Positions 11,746 to 23,888 of a stretch of 64,000 nucleotides of DNA are shown here, one piece after another (positions within the stretch are counted from its first letter, which is position 1; every line of letters begins with the position of its first letter). Source of the stretch: Macrostomum lignano (lineage: Eukaryota); assembly GCA_002269645.1 (NCBI GenBank), contig NIVC01002063.1, positions 124,001 to 188,000 on the forward strand, written 5' to 3'. The position numbers were made by a program, and so were the translations under genes. The notes under the pieces are model-generated. The model searched no databases. It saw only the letters and a list, made by a program, of their open reading frames with translations, and was not told the origin of the DNA.

Positions 11746-13289
11746 GATTGAACTGTACGGCCGATAACGGATCGAGCAAAAAAACCAATATATATAGGAC
11801 AAAATTGTATATCGAATTTAGCGGATCGAATTCGATCAGCTTTGGAAGCAGAGGACTGCTTGGCACAGAACAGAAAATTTATGTAGGTAAAATTTACGCG
11901 CACTACAGTTTTCTCTGCGCATTTTTTATTTGGCTTGAATTTTTTAGAAACTGCGCGCGCTGTTGAGTAAAGGTGCTTATCAACAATGTATGGACGAGAG
12001 GACGAATTCTCTGAACTTGAATCGGTTGCGTGCATTAAATCTCTCTTTTACTGCAAGTACCGAGTGTGGTTCATTAAAATCTTTATAGTAAGAAAGGTGC
12101 AGTGTTATACTATCTGTACCGGCCGGTGCTTATCTGCATGTAAGCTATATGCGCATGTACATTGAATCTTTTCTTCTGTATTACGTACTTTTGCATATTG
12201 AAAGTACGGGTATATGCATGTATAAGAACAGTAATGAACATTTTATTACTTATAAATAATCTCTGGAGTTATAAATAATTAATACATGTACGTAATTTCA
12301 TGTTATATCATTAATCGAACTCCCATATTTTGTGCATGTGTGTATCATATGATGTTGATATCCATGTATCGGCCGCCGGGAACATCGACACGTACTTACG
12401 CTCGTAAGAAAAATATAGAGTTAAGCGATACGCTAAATAAAGGTCTTGGAGTATATATGCAGATACGTGAATGAAGTCCACGGTTCTTAAAGCCTTAAAA
12501 TAAAGAAAAAACAATTTTAAAAGAAGTTACATTATTTATTTGAATATAAGATACACTTTGTTATATTGTTGTTATAAATAATGTTAGTATATTGTTTTTA
12601 ACTAATACATCTATAGTCAATAATGACGTTTTTTCAAGTATCGCACCAGTGTGCATGCAGGGTGAAACTATGCATTCCTGCAGCTGTCGCAGTCCAGTTG
12701 ATCCGTCATCACCATCATCGACGCTAATTCAGCAAACAGGGCATTTTGGAGCTCGCCGACGCCCGCTAGGCATTTTCAGCTGCACGATGCAACGTACCCC
12801 AAGGCGCGACACCATTGAGGACCGCGATGTTTCTACGAAAATTTACTTCCAAGAAGTGTTCACGGTTTAAACAAATTTGACATCGCATAACCACTTCTCA
12901 TATTCTCCGGCTGGTGCAGCTATAATCATGACAGTGAGGCGGAAGGCCTTTTAGTTTCAATAGATGGAATGGCAGCGAAGAGTTTTGTGCTGCATTGCGT
13001 GTATATTTATATGTACACAGACTGCGCGAGATTGAGGGGCCTAGGGAGGTGCGAAAAGGTGGCGTGGCGTGATAGGCTACGCCGACCCCCCCCCCCCGGC
13101 TTAGCGAGCCGGCTAGCATGGCGCGCACCCACCCCACCTCAGCTAGACAGAGGTTTGGGGGCGTTTCCAGTGCGGCTGCACTGGTGCTGCCAGTCGCGTA
13201 CAGTCTGGCCGCCACACAGCTCCCCCCAGCACCGAGCTAGGCCCCGAACGTCGGGTGGTAGCCAAGGCCGCGAGAATGCCGAGGAGCGG

Positions 13290-13625
13290 GCGCCGAAGGC
13301 AGCAGAGACGCGAGGCGGGCGCCGATGGTAGCAGGGCGCCGAGCGGGCGCCAGGCGGGCGCCGAAGGCGGCAGGGCGCCAGGCGGGCGCCGAAGGCGGCA
13401 GCAGGGCGCCAGGCGGGCGCCGAAGGCAGCAGCAGGGCGCCAGGCGGGCGCCAAAGGCAGCAGCAGGGCGCCAGGCGGGCGCCGAAGGCAGCAGCAGGGT
13501 GCCAGGCGGGCGCCGAAGGCAGCAGCAGGGCGCCAGGCGGGCGCCGAAGGCAGCAGCAGGGCGCCAGGCGGGCGCCAAAGGCAGCAGCAGGGCGCCAGGC
13601 GGGCGCCGAAGGCAGCAGCAGGGGT
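13290..13625 (+). repeat. GC-rich 31-nt minisatellite (GCAGGGCGCCAGGCGGGCGCCGAAGGCAGCA) inside a CpG-rich island at about 12950-14050
   Basis: Tandem array; the ORFs show the 31-aa period expected from three 31-nt units. Confidence 0.9.
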
Positions 13626-14104
13626 GCGCGGCCGGACCACACCCGAGGCAATCGACAGTCAGTTGCCGCCGTGAGCCGGGTCGATGCTCCTGCACAGAGG
13701 CTGGGGACGTTAGGCTAGCAACAGCGGTGCTAGCCTAGAATGAGCTGCAGCGTGTGGCGCTGGTTGGTCCAACGCGGGGGCCGAAAGGCGAGACCCCAGG
13801 AGCTACCGGGTGGCGGGCTGACTGGGCCGATTCGTGCTGCGGGCCGCGGGGTACTGCTGTGGCTGCTGGGCTGCTGGGCTGCGGTGCTGCAGGGCTGCTG
13901 CTGGGCTGCTGGGCTGCGGTGCTGCTGTGCTGCCGTTGCAGTCGGCCAAGGCGGTTGGCTGCCATGGACCGCACAGGGCCGACCATGGGTAGGCCCAGCG
14001 TTCCGCGCTGGGAGTCGGGCTCACCAATGAGGCGGTGACAAAAAACAAATAAAAACTACAAAACTACAAAAAATTTGCTGAGTTGCCGCAATGTCTGGTT
14101 GGCG

Positions 14105-14210
14105 ATGCCGGTTGACGAAATGCCGCGGGTTGACGAAATGGCAGTTGACGAAATGCCGCGGGTTGACGAAATGCCAGTTGACGAAATGCCGGTTGATGAA
14201 ATGTCCGGTC
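14105..14210 (+). repeat. Short array of GTTGACGAAATG(C/G) 15-18-nt repeats, possibly subterminal repeats of a non-autonomous DNA transposon
   Basis: Six copies visible; the transposon origin is inference only. Confidence 0.55.
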
Positions 14211-16209
14211 AACTTTGGGGCGCAAACACGAGTATAAGGATCGAGCGCCAATTTTCAAGCTGGGCGCAAAAAATGCGTGTATAATATATTAGGGGCGGGG
14301 GGGGGGCGAAAAATCAAGCTTAGGAGCGCAAACATAGGTTTTTTGGGAGGGGGGTGGGGCGGTCGATCTCCCCCCCCCCTAAATCCGCCCCTGGTTTCGG
14401 ATCATCCAAGAAAAAAAGCAGTAACTATACATAACTTTGTTGAATGTTTGACTTTCTTAACAGCCTCGCTTTGCAAAAATGGCGGTTTAAAGATCATGTG
14501 CTTTCTTCTTGGCTATTCCCATTTAATAATTACAACTTTATAGCAAGTATATGCCTCTAGTTTAGAATTCAAAAATGTTATACTCCACAAACCAGGTTCT
14601 AGAACCAGAACAAGCAATATGGAAACACCCAATCTCATAATCTGAATCAGACTGAATCAGCAATAGGTTAGCAAAATATGCAAAAAAATATTTTACTAAT
14701 AACGTTTATATTTTATTTTGTACTTATTTGTTTACCTTAGTAAATACTACAAAGTTTATTATTATTCGTTATACCAATTGAATTTTTAAACTTGACTTTT
14801 ACAAGAAAAACTCTGATTTGTTTTCCGCGGGATGACTCATTTTAGAAATGAAAATACTTTAACTTGTGCAAAGCAAACAGATTGTTCACATTTCAAACTT
14901 TTCGTGTCTGTTTTTGAGTACCTAAAATCACTCATATTTTAGGCCCTTTACCATTCATCTATCACCTAAACCTTTCAATCAAGCATCATAAGTTATGACG
15001 TCTGTTCCACGTTTTAATGTGTCAGCTAGGTATAGAAAGGATGGTAAGCTTTTTAAATCTTAAAGTTTTGTAAATATGCTTTTAAATTGATTTGATTTAG
15101 TAATTTTAAAGTGTTAATTTTCTAAGTATGATATACAGACCTGGTATTTGATATTTGATTTTAGAAGCTGCAACCTGAGTCCCTGACCCTGTGACCCTGT
15201 CCCTGCATGGATGATCATGAATCCATGATGATGGATCATGGATGCTGATAGTCCTGGAAAAAAATAAGCCTGGGCCAATTGTAGGGATTGCAAAATCCCA
15301 GTTTTATGCAATCATGGGATCCCAGAATTTGCAGTATAGTGCAAGAGAAAAAAATTGGTATAATTTAGTGCAAGACAAAAACTTTCAATGAGACCAGTGC
15401 GGATCATGTACCCGTGTACACCAGAGAAAATTTGGGCGTCAAGGACTTTGTATGCCAGTGTACGCCAAAAACAAAAAGTTGCACTAATGTACACCAAAAA
15501 TTCCTAAAAAAGTCATTTGGTTTCATAAGTAGAGTTTTTTAAGAAAGGCTTTCAATGTTTCATATGAAAAGTGTTTTTAAAATATTGCAAATATTTTCAA
15601 TTTAAACAAACTTAAATTATACCTACAAAAAATATGATGCGAAATTAATACTCTTAGCAAAAATTTACACTAATTTTATTTATTATTAATTTAAAAGAAG
15701 CAAAAAGTTTATCACTGACGATATAAATTTTCTTTTACTTTACATAAAAATGTTAATTTACATAACAATTTTCATGAATGGCATGAATTTATTCACCAAA
15801 ATTTGTATGCCAAAAAAGTATGCGTGGCTATGTTACTTGTGTACACCAATAGTATAGGCCTAGGCCAACAAAGCACGCCAGGGGTTGTGTACACCAATTG
15901 TGTATGCCAAAGACTTAGGGTGGCCATTTTGTATGCCAGAAAAGTTATAGCGTACATGCATACCATCTGCAACCTGGCAATGAGACAAGATTTTTGTAGA
16001 GAGAAAATTAGCACTTTTTTTCTTGTAGACCTATACTGACAGCTTTTTCAATTAAAATATATTAACATTGTAGTTTCTATAAAAAAGATTCAAATATAAT
16101 ATAAGTTTTACCTTTTTAGGCCTAGGCCTAGTTTTACTAATATTTTTTAAATAGAAAATTATACTAATTTTTTCAATGTTTTTGTAAAATGTTAATAGTA
16201 ATTTGTAGT

Positions 16210-16860
16210 GTTCCGCCACAGATATAGCTATGGCTATGGCCTATGGGATCCTACAGCAAATATAGTAAAATAGATGCCTACGGCAGCTACCATACTCTGG
16301 ATCATATGTTATATGCCTGAAAATTCAGGCATGCATTGGCTTTGCACACCAAAATTAGGCATGTATACCTGGTGTGCACTTTATAAAATCACACGTAAGA
16401 GTTATTGTGAAGTAGAAAAAAGATGAAAAAAGTTCATTTTTAAGCGCATATTTCAACCTGTCCAGTTTCTTTCAAGCTCATAAAAGAGCATTTAAGCAAA
16501 TCTTTTCGTGTATAAATTTTCTGCTATAAATAGTATCACAAAAAAAGCATAAAAAGCAACCAAATTATCTGGTAATAAGGGTCTATTACACAATTTAAAA
16601 AAGGTGTTTTTTATTGTCACAACGTAAAAAAGGTCATTTGTTGTTGCAACACTGGCATATTTTGAGAATGGGTATGCACAACATTTTTTGGTGTGCATTT
16701 GTAATTATTCAATTTTTGTTCAAGTGTGCACCTAGCAAAATCCAGACTATGGAGCAGTTACAGATACGCCTATGATAGCTAGCTGCTTTTATGGCTACAA
16801 CTACAGAAATATAGTAGTTGCTGTCACATTCCCTAGATTCCCATAGCCATAGTTATTAAT
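16210..16860 (+). mobile_element. Non-coding dispersed element, copy 1 (MITE-like, partly self-palindromic)
   Basis: Homologous to the reverse complement of 19500-20040. Internal inverted 12-mer TGCACACCAAAA (about 16343) / TTTTGGTGTGCA (about 16687); CTATGGCTATGG and CCATAGCCATAG at opposite ends. Confidence 0.6.
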
Positions 16861-17539
16861 TTAAAAAATGAAAAAATATTAGAAACAGGTAGAGTAAAAC
16901 AATAATACTTTAGTAAACTGTATTATCAACTTAGAAACTTATAGAATATACCTAATAAAGTACAATAAAACACTAGCAAACTCTAATTTTTATTAATGTG
17001 AAAAAAAAGTTTAGCATTAGTACTTTTAGTAGCGATTAAGTATTGTTGCTCCATAAAAAGACAAAATACAATCTTACAAAGGCAATAGAGTGTTTCTTTT
17101 ATTTTCTAACTTAATTTGTAGTTTTTTAAGCACTAGGTTATCTTCTTGATTTAAAATATTTTGTTTTCTAGAATTTTTGTAAAAAACTGTGACCATGGCT
17201 ATGGGAACTATGGGAATATGGTAATAGAGAAATGAAGGCCAACACCAACATATAAGAAATTATTATAATAGCCAACACGTTTTGACACAAGCGGTCATCT
17301 GACAGGGCTTGCACTCATGATTCACAGTTTAGTATATTTAAATAGAGAAAATCAAAAACTCTACATGGCAATAGACAAATGGGTTCAGTCTGTAAATTGT
17401 GATCAGTTGATAATCAGTTGATAATTGTACATTAAGAGCCGAAACTATAATAAATTATTTGGCCATCACACAGAAAACGCAACCACAGAGCAAACAAAAT
17501 TGGGGGGGGGGAGAGCCTCAAACCCACACCAAGCCTAGA

Positions 17540-19420
17540 AAACCTTGAGCTGTAAACTGGCTCCTCCACCTGCAAGCTAAGTATTCAAACTAGGTCTATG
17601 ATGCTTAATGTGCAAGGCTTCCAGCACTCTGAGCTTGCCATCAAATCTACATCTATCCAAAACAGTGAAAAGCTCAGTCAGCTCATGCTCACAACAAGCA
17701 TTGCACTAAGCAAGTGATCATGCATAGCAGAGTTATTCATTCTATGCTCCCTAGCCCTAGTATATAGGTGCCTTTTGGTTTTTCCTATGTAGGAAATTCT
17801 CTGATCACCAGAACAACAAAATTGATAGATAATACCATCAGACAGCGCTCTAGGGGCATTTGACTTCAACCTGCTAACAAACTAGCCAATTTTGGCAGTC
17901 TGAAACACAACCATGACCCGAGAGTTGAAATAATTCAAGAAGGTTCTTTTATGCTTCTTTTCCAGAGTCAGGATGGGACTCCAAGGAATGGGAGTTTGAT
18001 CAGCAATATGGAATTTGACCTCTTAGCTTCGTCAGTCAAACTAGACTTAGTCATTTTCTTAGTCAGATCTGTTCAGCACTTTACTAACAAAACCCCTAGG
18101 GAAACCGTTACATTTAAAAATGTCAGTGAGCTTGATGACTTCTTGGTGGAAAGATTGCCAAGTACTACAGATACTAAATGCTCTGTGCATCATGCACCTG
18201 ACAAGACTAGCCTTCTATTGGCATGGGCACAATGCATTAAAGTTAAGCATGAGACCAGTAAATGTGGGTTTGCAGTATACCTTAGTGCTAACAGTGTCCA
18301 GACTGAACTCAACCTCAATGTCAAGAAAGGGCAACTTCTTATCACCCCTTTCCACGGTGAACCGAATGTTGGGTGAGTAGAGTTCAGCGCTTGGAGAAAT
18401 TGACTTTGCTTACTAGACCATCGAAGATCGCAAAGGTATCATCAACATACCTCCTATAGAAAGTCAGAGCACAGGGAAGAGACATCTACTGTTTCTCCCA
18501 GTGAGCCATGCAAATGTTAGCCAGCGTAGGAGCAAGCAGGCTCCCCATAGCACACCCGTCAATTTGGCGATAATATTTGTCTTGAAAGAGAAAGATGCCC
18601 TGCGTAGCTAAAGTCAGCAGCTTCCTAAACACCGCTTTAGGCATTTCAGGAGGAGACTCAGCAAAGACAAGGTCAGTGGCAAGATCTAAAGCAAGCTTGC
18701 AAGGAATGTTTGTGAATAACAAAGTGACATCAAAGCTGAACACACTAATCATTACCATCCGGCCTCACAGATTTCAGAGCTTCAAAGAACTGATGGTTAG
18801 AATTGGCACTAAACTCTTGGGGCATTTTTGGCTTGATGATAGAGTCTAAAAACCTGGCCAACTCATACTCAGCAGTATTAATCATAGACACGATGGGATG
18901 CAGGAGCTTGTCCTCTTTGTGGATTTTGCACAGGCCATACAACTGGCCAGGCTGGCTACCACTGGGCATTATACATTTGTACGTTTCATCGTTCACAAAC
19001 CTCTTCACCTGAGTTCTGATGTAGGTTTGGATACTGCGTTCAGCCTTTAGCACAGGGTGCATCATTGTCACCTCGTCGTTAGGACCTAAGCAACAAAACT
19101 TGGATTGATCACTAATGATGTCATTCAACTTTCTATGGTAGTCATCACTATCAAGAATGGCAATTCCGTAACCCTTGTCATAGCCTATAACCTTAATATA
19201 TTTATTAGCCCTCAGTTGTTTCAAAGTTTCATGAATCAACCTGTTTTTCTTGCCACTCACAATAGCATGAGTCTGGGCAAAGAATTGATCAGAGTCAGTG
19301 ACAAGTTTATTCCTACAGCTATCTTGCAGGTGGCGCATTTCACAGCCCACAGTTTCAGAAGATCTCAGACATTTACTCACAGCACTCTCAATCTCAGTCA
19401 TGATGTGAAATTTCTTGATT
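17540..19420 (-). mobile_element. Decayed Penelope-like retroelement (reverse transcriptase + GIY-YIG endonuclease), with frameshifts and stops
   Basis: Minus-strand segments in order: YDKGYGIAILD, GQLYGLCKIHK...PIVS, SFDVTLLFTNIP, QIDGCAMGSLLAPTLAN, YRRYVDDTF (about 18440), LNSTHPNIRFTVE...LPFLDIEV, GIIYQF...SYIGKTKRHLYTRAREH (GIY-YIG) and VLEALHIKHHRPSLN. RT followed by GIY-YIG is diagnostic of PLEs. Confidence 0.9.
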
Positions 19421-19499
19421 CCGGCCAGTGTGACAGGGTATTGAAGCCCAAGCTGGTAAATATGGTAATATTGGTATTAATAAAATATGGTAATATTGG

Positions 19500-20040
19500 G
19501 GTCCTTATGGCTATGGAATATATAAAATTGGAATAACCCATAGTTTTGCTTATGGCTACGGCTATGGTATATAAACCCTCTTTATGGTTTAACACTAGTA
19601 TTTTGTTCAAGTAAAGAAAATTTATAGTGACTTAGTTTAAATTTGAATTCATGAATCTAAATGTCAATTGTAAAATAAATATATATATTTGTTCTTATGT
19701 TTTACAAAAAAGTTCTAGCACATGATGCCCTATTGAAATGTATAGAAAACCTGTGGACACCATAGTCCAGATCATGCTGGGTACACTCCCAAACAAAAAT
19801 CAAATAATTACAAATGCATGCCAAAAATGAATGCAAGCCTATTCTTTTTCTTTATTCTACTTCACAATAACTCTTCTGTGTGATTCTATAAAGTGCATGC
19901 CAGGTTTGCATGTACACTATTTTCTTAGGAGTGATATACATCAACTATGCATGCCTACTTTCATGGCATGCAAGGCCAATGCATACCTAAATTTTTGAGT
20001 ATATACTATGAGTATATGATCCAAAGTGTGGTAGACATAC
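19500..20040 (-). mobile_element. Non-coding dispersed element, copy 2 (inverted relative to copy 1; lacks the segment corresponding to about 16440-16680)
   Basis: Its reverse complement matches 16287-16420 and 16687-16760, e.g. GCACTTTATA(A/G)AATCACAC..AAGAGTTATTGTGAAGTAGAA. Confidence 0.6.
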
Positions 20041-21399
20041 AACATGGGGTCTAAAATTGTAGTTGAAAATGCAACATGACAAAGAACATGTTAACTTTCA
20101 CACTAAATATAGGCATCATATTAATTAGATGATGAGGCATTTAGCCTTAATAACACAATCATAATTACTCTTGCCATTTACCCAAAAACTGCATTGTGCT
20201 GCTGCAACACTATCTGTCTTGATTCCAGTTGCAATGCAACACCAAAAGATAAAAAAATTGCAACAGATAGTTGAATGCCATTTGTCTACTTATTCTAATA
20301 ATGCATGATACAAGCAAACTTAATTTATTCAAAGAGAAAATAATAGCAATGTCCTAGTTTCCCCCATTAAATATTTTTGACACCAGACTATTTGACAAAA
20401 AGCTAAAATATGTTTATTAATATTAAAAACAGCATTGTACTATGTAATAATAGGTCATCATTATACAAGAAGTTGCTAAAACACTTCTTTGGATAGAGTT
20501 GGCACCAGAGGAACTTGCTAAGATATGAGTAGAAAAGGCTGTCACTAGTGCCGTGCTGGCTATAGGACTTTGCCTTCACTTGTACCTAAGTATTTTAATG
20601 ATTTTTGTATCATATAAACAATTAGATTGTTTGGATCAACAAAATGCAGATGATAATTGACAAAATGTACAAAATATACAAAAAGGCATCTTGGATGCTA
20701 ATATAAATTTTCCATGGATATTTCATTAAGCCATAACTCATTAATAGTATCAATAAAGTTTATTACGTAAGGCCAATATAATATAGCTTAAAATGAGTTA
20801 TGCATTCTGGCATGCATTCAAAATGAATAATCTTGACTAAAATATAGTTTATATTATAGGAGCTATATTATATACTATTTTCATAGTCAAAATGGCCTTT
20901 GCTATAGAAAGTTCTAATATAGAAAGGTCTCTAATATATTTAGTATATGGCTATATCGTACATTAAGGTTTCTAGCATGTTTAATATGACTTTTGAATGC
21001 AAATTTGACAAAAGAATAACTACCTATTTTAATCTAACTTATATTTTCAAACATATAATTTTAGTTAGCAGTCAAAAAAGATCCAACCTCAATCTTAAAA
21101 ATACAGGATCCTAAAGGGTTGTTAAGATCCTAATCCCAATGATAGTACAAGTCAGGAATTAGGATTACATTTTAAGTTTTTTTTCTTTGTAGAGCAACTT
21201 TTATTTTGAGCCCACTACTAAAATAATATATTGTTTTGTTTGTTTGGATCAACAAAAAGCTATAAAATAGTTGGCATTTTTGTCTTAGTATATTTAAATA
21301 TTTAATGAAATTGATTTCCTAACAATATGATAACATAGAAAATTATCATTAGAATATAAAATACTTTTCACTAGTCATTATAGAAGCTTGAGGATCATC

Positions 21400-22900
21400 A
21401 AGTTGGATTTCAGTCTTGTTCAATTACTAGCTTGGATTCTCTCTAGTAGAAGACTGTTTATTTTATAAAAAACAATGTTTTCAACCAATTTAAAAGACAG
21501 AAAGGCTTTTTTATTATTAGCAATGCTGAAAATGCATTTGCTCAACATTCTAGTTGCTGGGATGCAACGTAACCTTTGATAAGTAGAGTAACAACAACTA
21601 TATTGGGCCTAGTATATTAGTAGATAAGTAGCTTATGGCTCTACTGATAACTCCAAATATAGTTTTAAGCTGGTTCATGTAGCTTGCATTGAACTTGCAA
21701 TTAAATTTATAATAGTGAATTCCAAAATCAATTTGCACATGAAGCTGCACTTTGAAGTTAGAGGCTCTTTCATTTTTACCATGTCATTTTTTTATCCTCA
21801 GCTGGCATGACTGCTATATTGGAGTGTGAATCTTGGTCCTTCAAGATCTTAGAAGCAACCATTGACTATAGATAGTCCCTCTGTTGATTGGAAAAAAAGC
21901 TAACTTGTGGTGCAGGTCAAAAATGGTTGCCAAGATACAGGATTTATGTTCAACAATAAAGTCAAAAAAATACTTGCGCAGCAACTGGAGTAGAGAATCA
22001 ATTATTGTCCCCATCTCACTGACTTGAGCTTGCTGCTTCTCAAGAAATCTCTGAAATCTGGCTCACATCAAAATGAGATAAGAGATAATAGTTGTTTTTT
22101 GCTTAGTTACAAAGTTGCCTCCTCAACAGACGAGATCAACTTTTCAACAAGTGGGAATTCTTTCTTAGTAAATTCTTCAACTTCTGATAGTCCAGCTATG
22201 AATGCATTGATTGCAGATTTTTGCTTTGCAAGGTGTCTTAGTATTTGTAGTAATGAGTTTTACCATTTTTATCAGCTTATTTTTAGGCATTTTTAGGCAG
22301 TTCTAGTTGTTCTTGGAGCTTCTTAAAGCATTTTTGATAGGGCTTCAGTAGTAGATATAAGCGTGTTCCATTCTTGCAATAACAAAGAATGAGATTATCA
22401 ATTCCAAAGAATGAGATGATCAATTCCAAAGAATCCTAACTGAGCCACCCCAGAGAAAAATTATTGCATATCTGGCACACAATGGGTCTATTTATAGCAT
22501 ATGCTAAAAATGATGGCCCTAAAGAGTCCACTGTCATCAAGCCACAAGTCTATGGCCATAGACTGCTACTTCAGTGCTTCTTGAATAATAAGATTTATTT
22601 TGTAAGCTACACAACCAATGTTCAACTAATACCTATTCAATCAATATTTTGGTGCCAGGATTGTCAGCTGCCAAGTCATGTTTGACAGCTCAAGCATGCT
22701 GTTTGCACTGTTTTTTTCACAATGCTAACAGTTTTATTGTTGTAGATGTTAAACTCAATCATTAGCTTCAGCAGTAGGCTTACAACATTTATTGCAATGT
22801 GCACCTTTTCTATTAGCTTTATAGCTAGTGTAGTTTCAAGAAAGTTGAAGTCATTGTCCAAACCTTGCACCATAGGCTTAAGAAAGAATTGCTCATCTAT
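21400..22900 (-). mobile_element. Possible very old, internally deleted LINE remnant
   Basis: Only faint motif-like peptides in fragmented frames (NDFN near 22850; LKTIFGVISRAISYLS near 21650; RLKSNLMILKLL near 21410). Confidence 0.2.
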
Positions 22901-23888
22901 AATCTCATTCTTAATTGTCTAGATGTCAAAAGTAATAGCTAAAAACTTAGTGTTTTGCAAGTTTTTCAATACTTTCTCTAAAAAATGGCTTATTCAGTCA
23001 TTATTATTTCTTCTTTGACGTTTTCTATTGCTTGGTTTTAATACTGTATTATATTAGAACAAGGCAACCTGTGCAGAGCCTTGCATAAGCTTTATAGCTA
23101 AGCTGCATAGTCTTTACAGACCCACAAAAGACCACATAAAGTAATTGCTTTTGCCTGTTATTGTGCAAGAATTTTCTTGTTCATATGTTGTCTTTGATAG
23201 TCTAGGCTATGCTATCCTAACAATAGCCTTTATTTTATTAATAAATCTTCTCTACCTATAAAAATCAAAACTCTGTCTTATATATATAAAGGCAATTAAA
23301 AAGATTAAGACAAGGGTTCTGTCTTGTTTTTTCATATCTGGAATGCCATATTATATTTTATAAAAATATATTTATATCGAAAAATATATTTTCTGAAAGT
23401 ATATATAGAAATCCTAGATTAATCTAGCATACAAAAAGTCTTATTTGCAAAAATAGTATACTGTATGTATACTTTGTTTTGGTTTATATTGCTATATGCA
23501 GTAAAATATTTTCAAATTGGAGAATGCATCTTTTGAATACCATAGTAAAGAAGCTAGCATTACATGGATTGCAAAACATTTTTTGATGGGTAATCTATAT
23601 GGTATCTATTCATTTTTTGAGTATGAATCTTTGCAAAAATATTAAGAAATTAAATATTTGAAAATGTGAGTTAAATTAACAAGTAACTATGTTTTATAAC
23701 AAATTAATTTTTTCTACATTATATGAGGATTCTAATCTAGTATGCAAGAAGGTACTGACGTTGTAGTATTACTTCTGATTGTAGCTAATTGTTTGTAAAT
23801 TGTAGACCCACACAATAGGTATTGCTGACAAAAATGACAAGTCCCTATAAGTTATTTTTTCATATTTTTATTTGTAGAATCAGACGAG

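Noticed and set aside
13139-13738. Several overlapping GC-rich ORFs
   Set aside because: Produced by a 31-nt array open in multiple frames; no domain or splice context
17395-17460. Possible hammerhead-ribozyme remnant (TTGATAA...GCCGAAAC) next to the Penelope-like element
   Set aside because: The CTGATGA core is not intact and no convincing stem II can be formed; a covariance-model search would be needed
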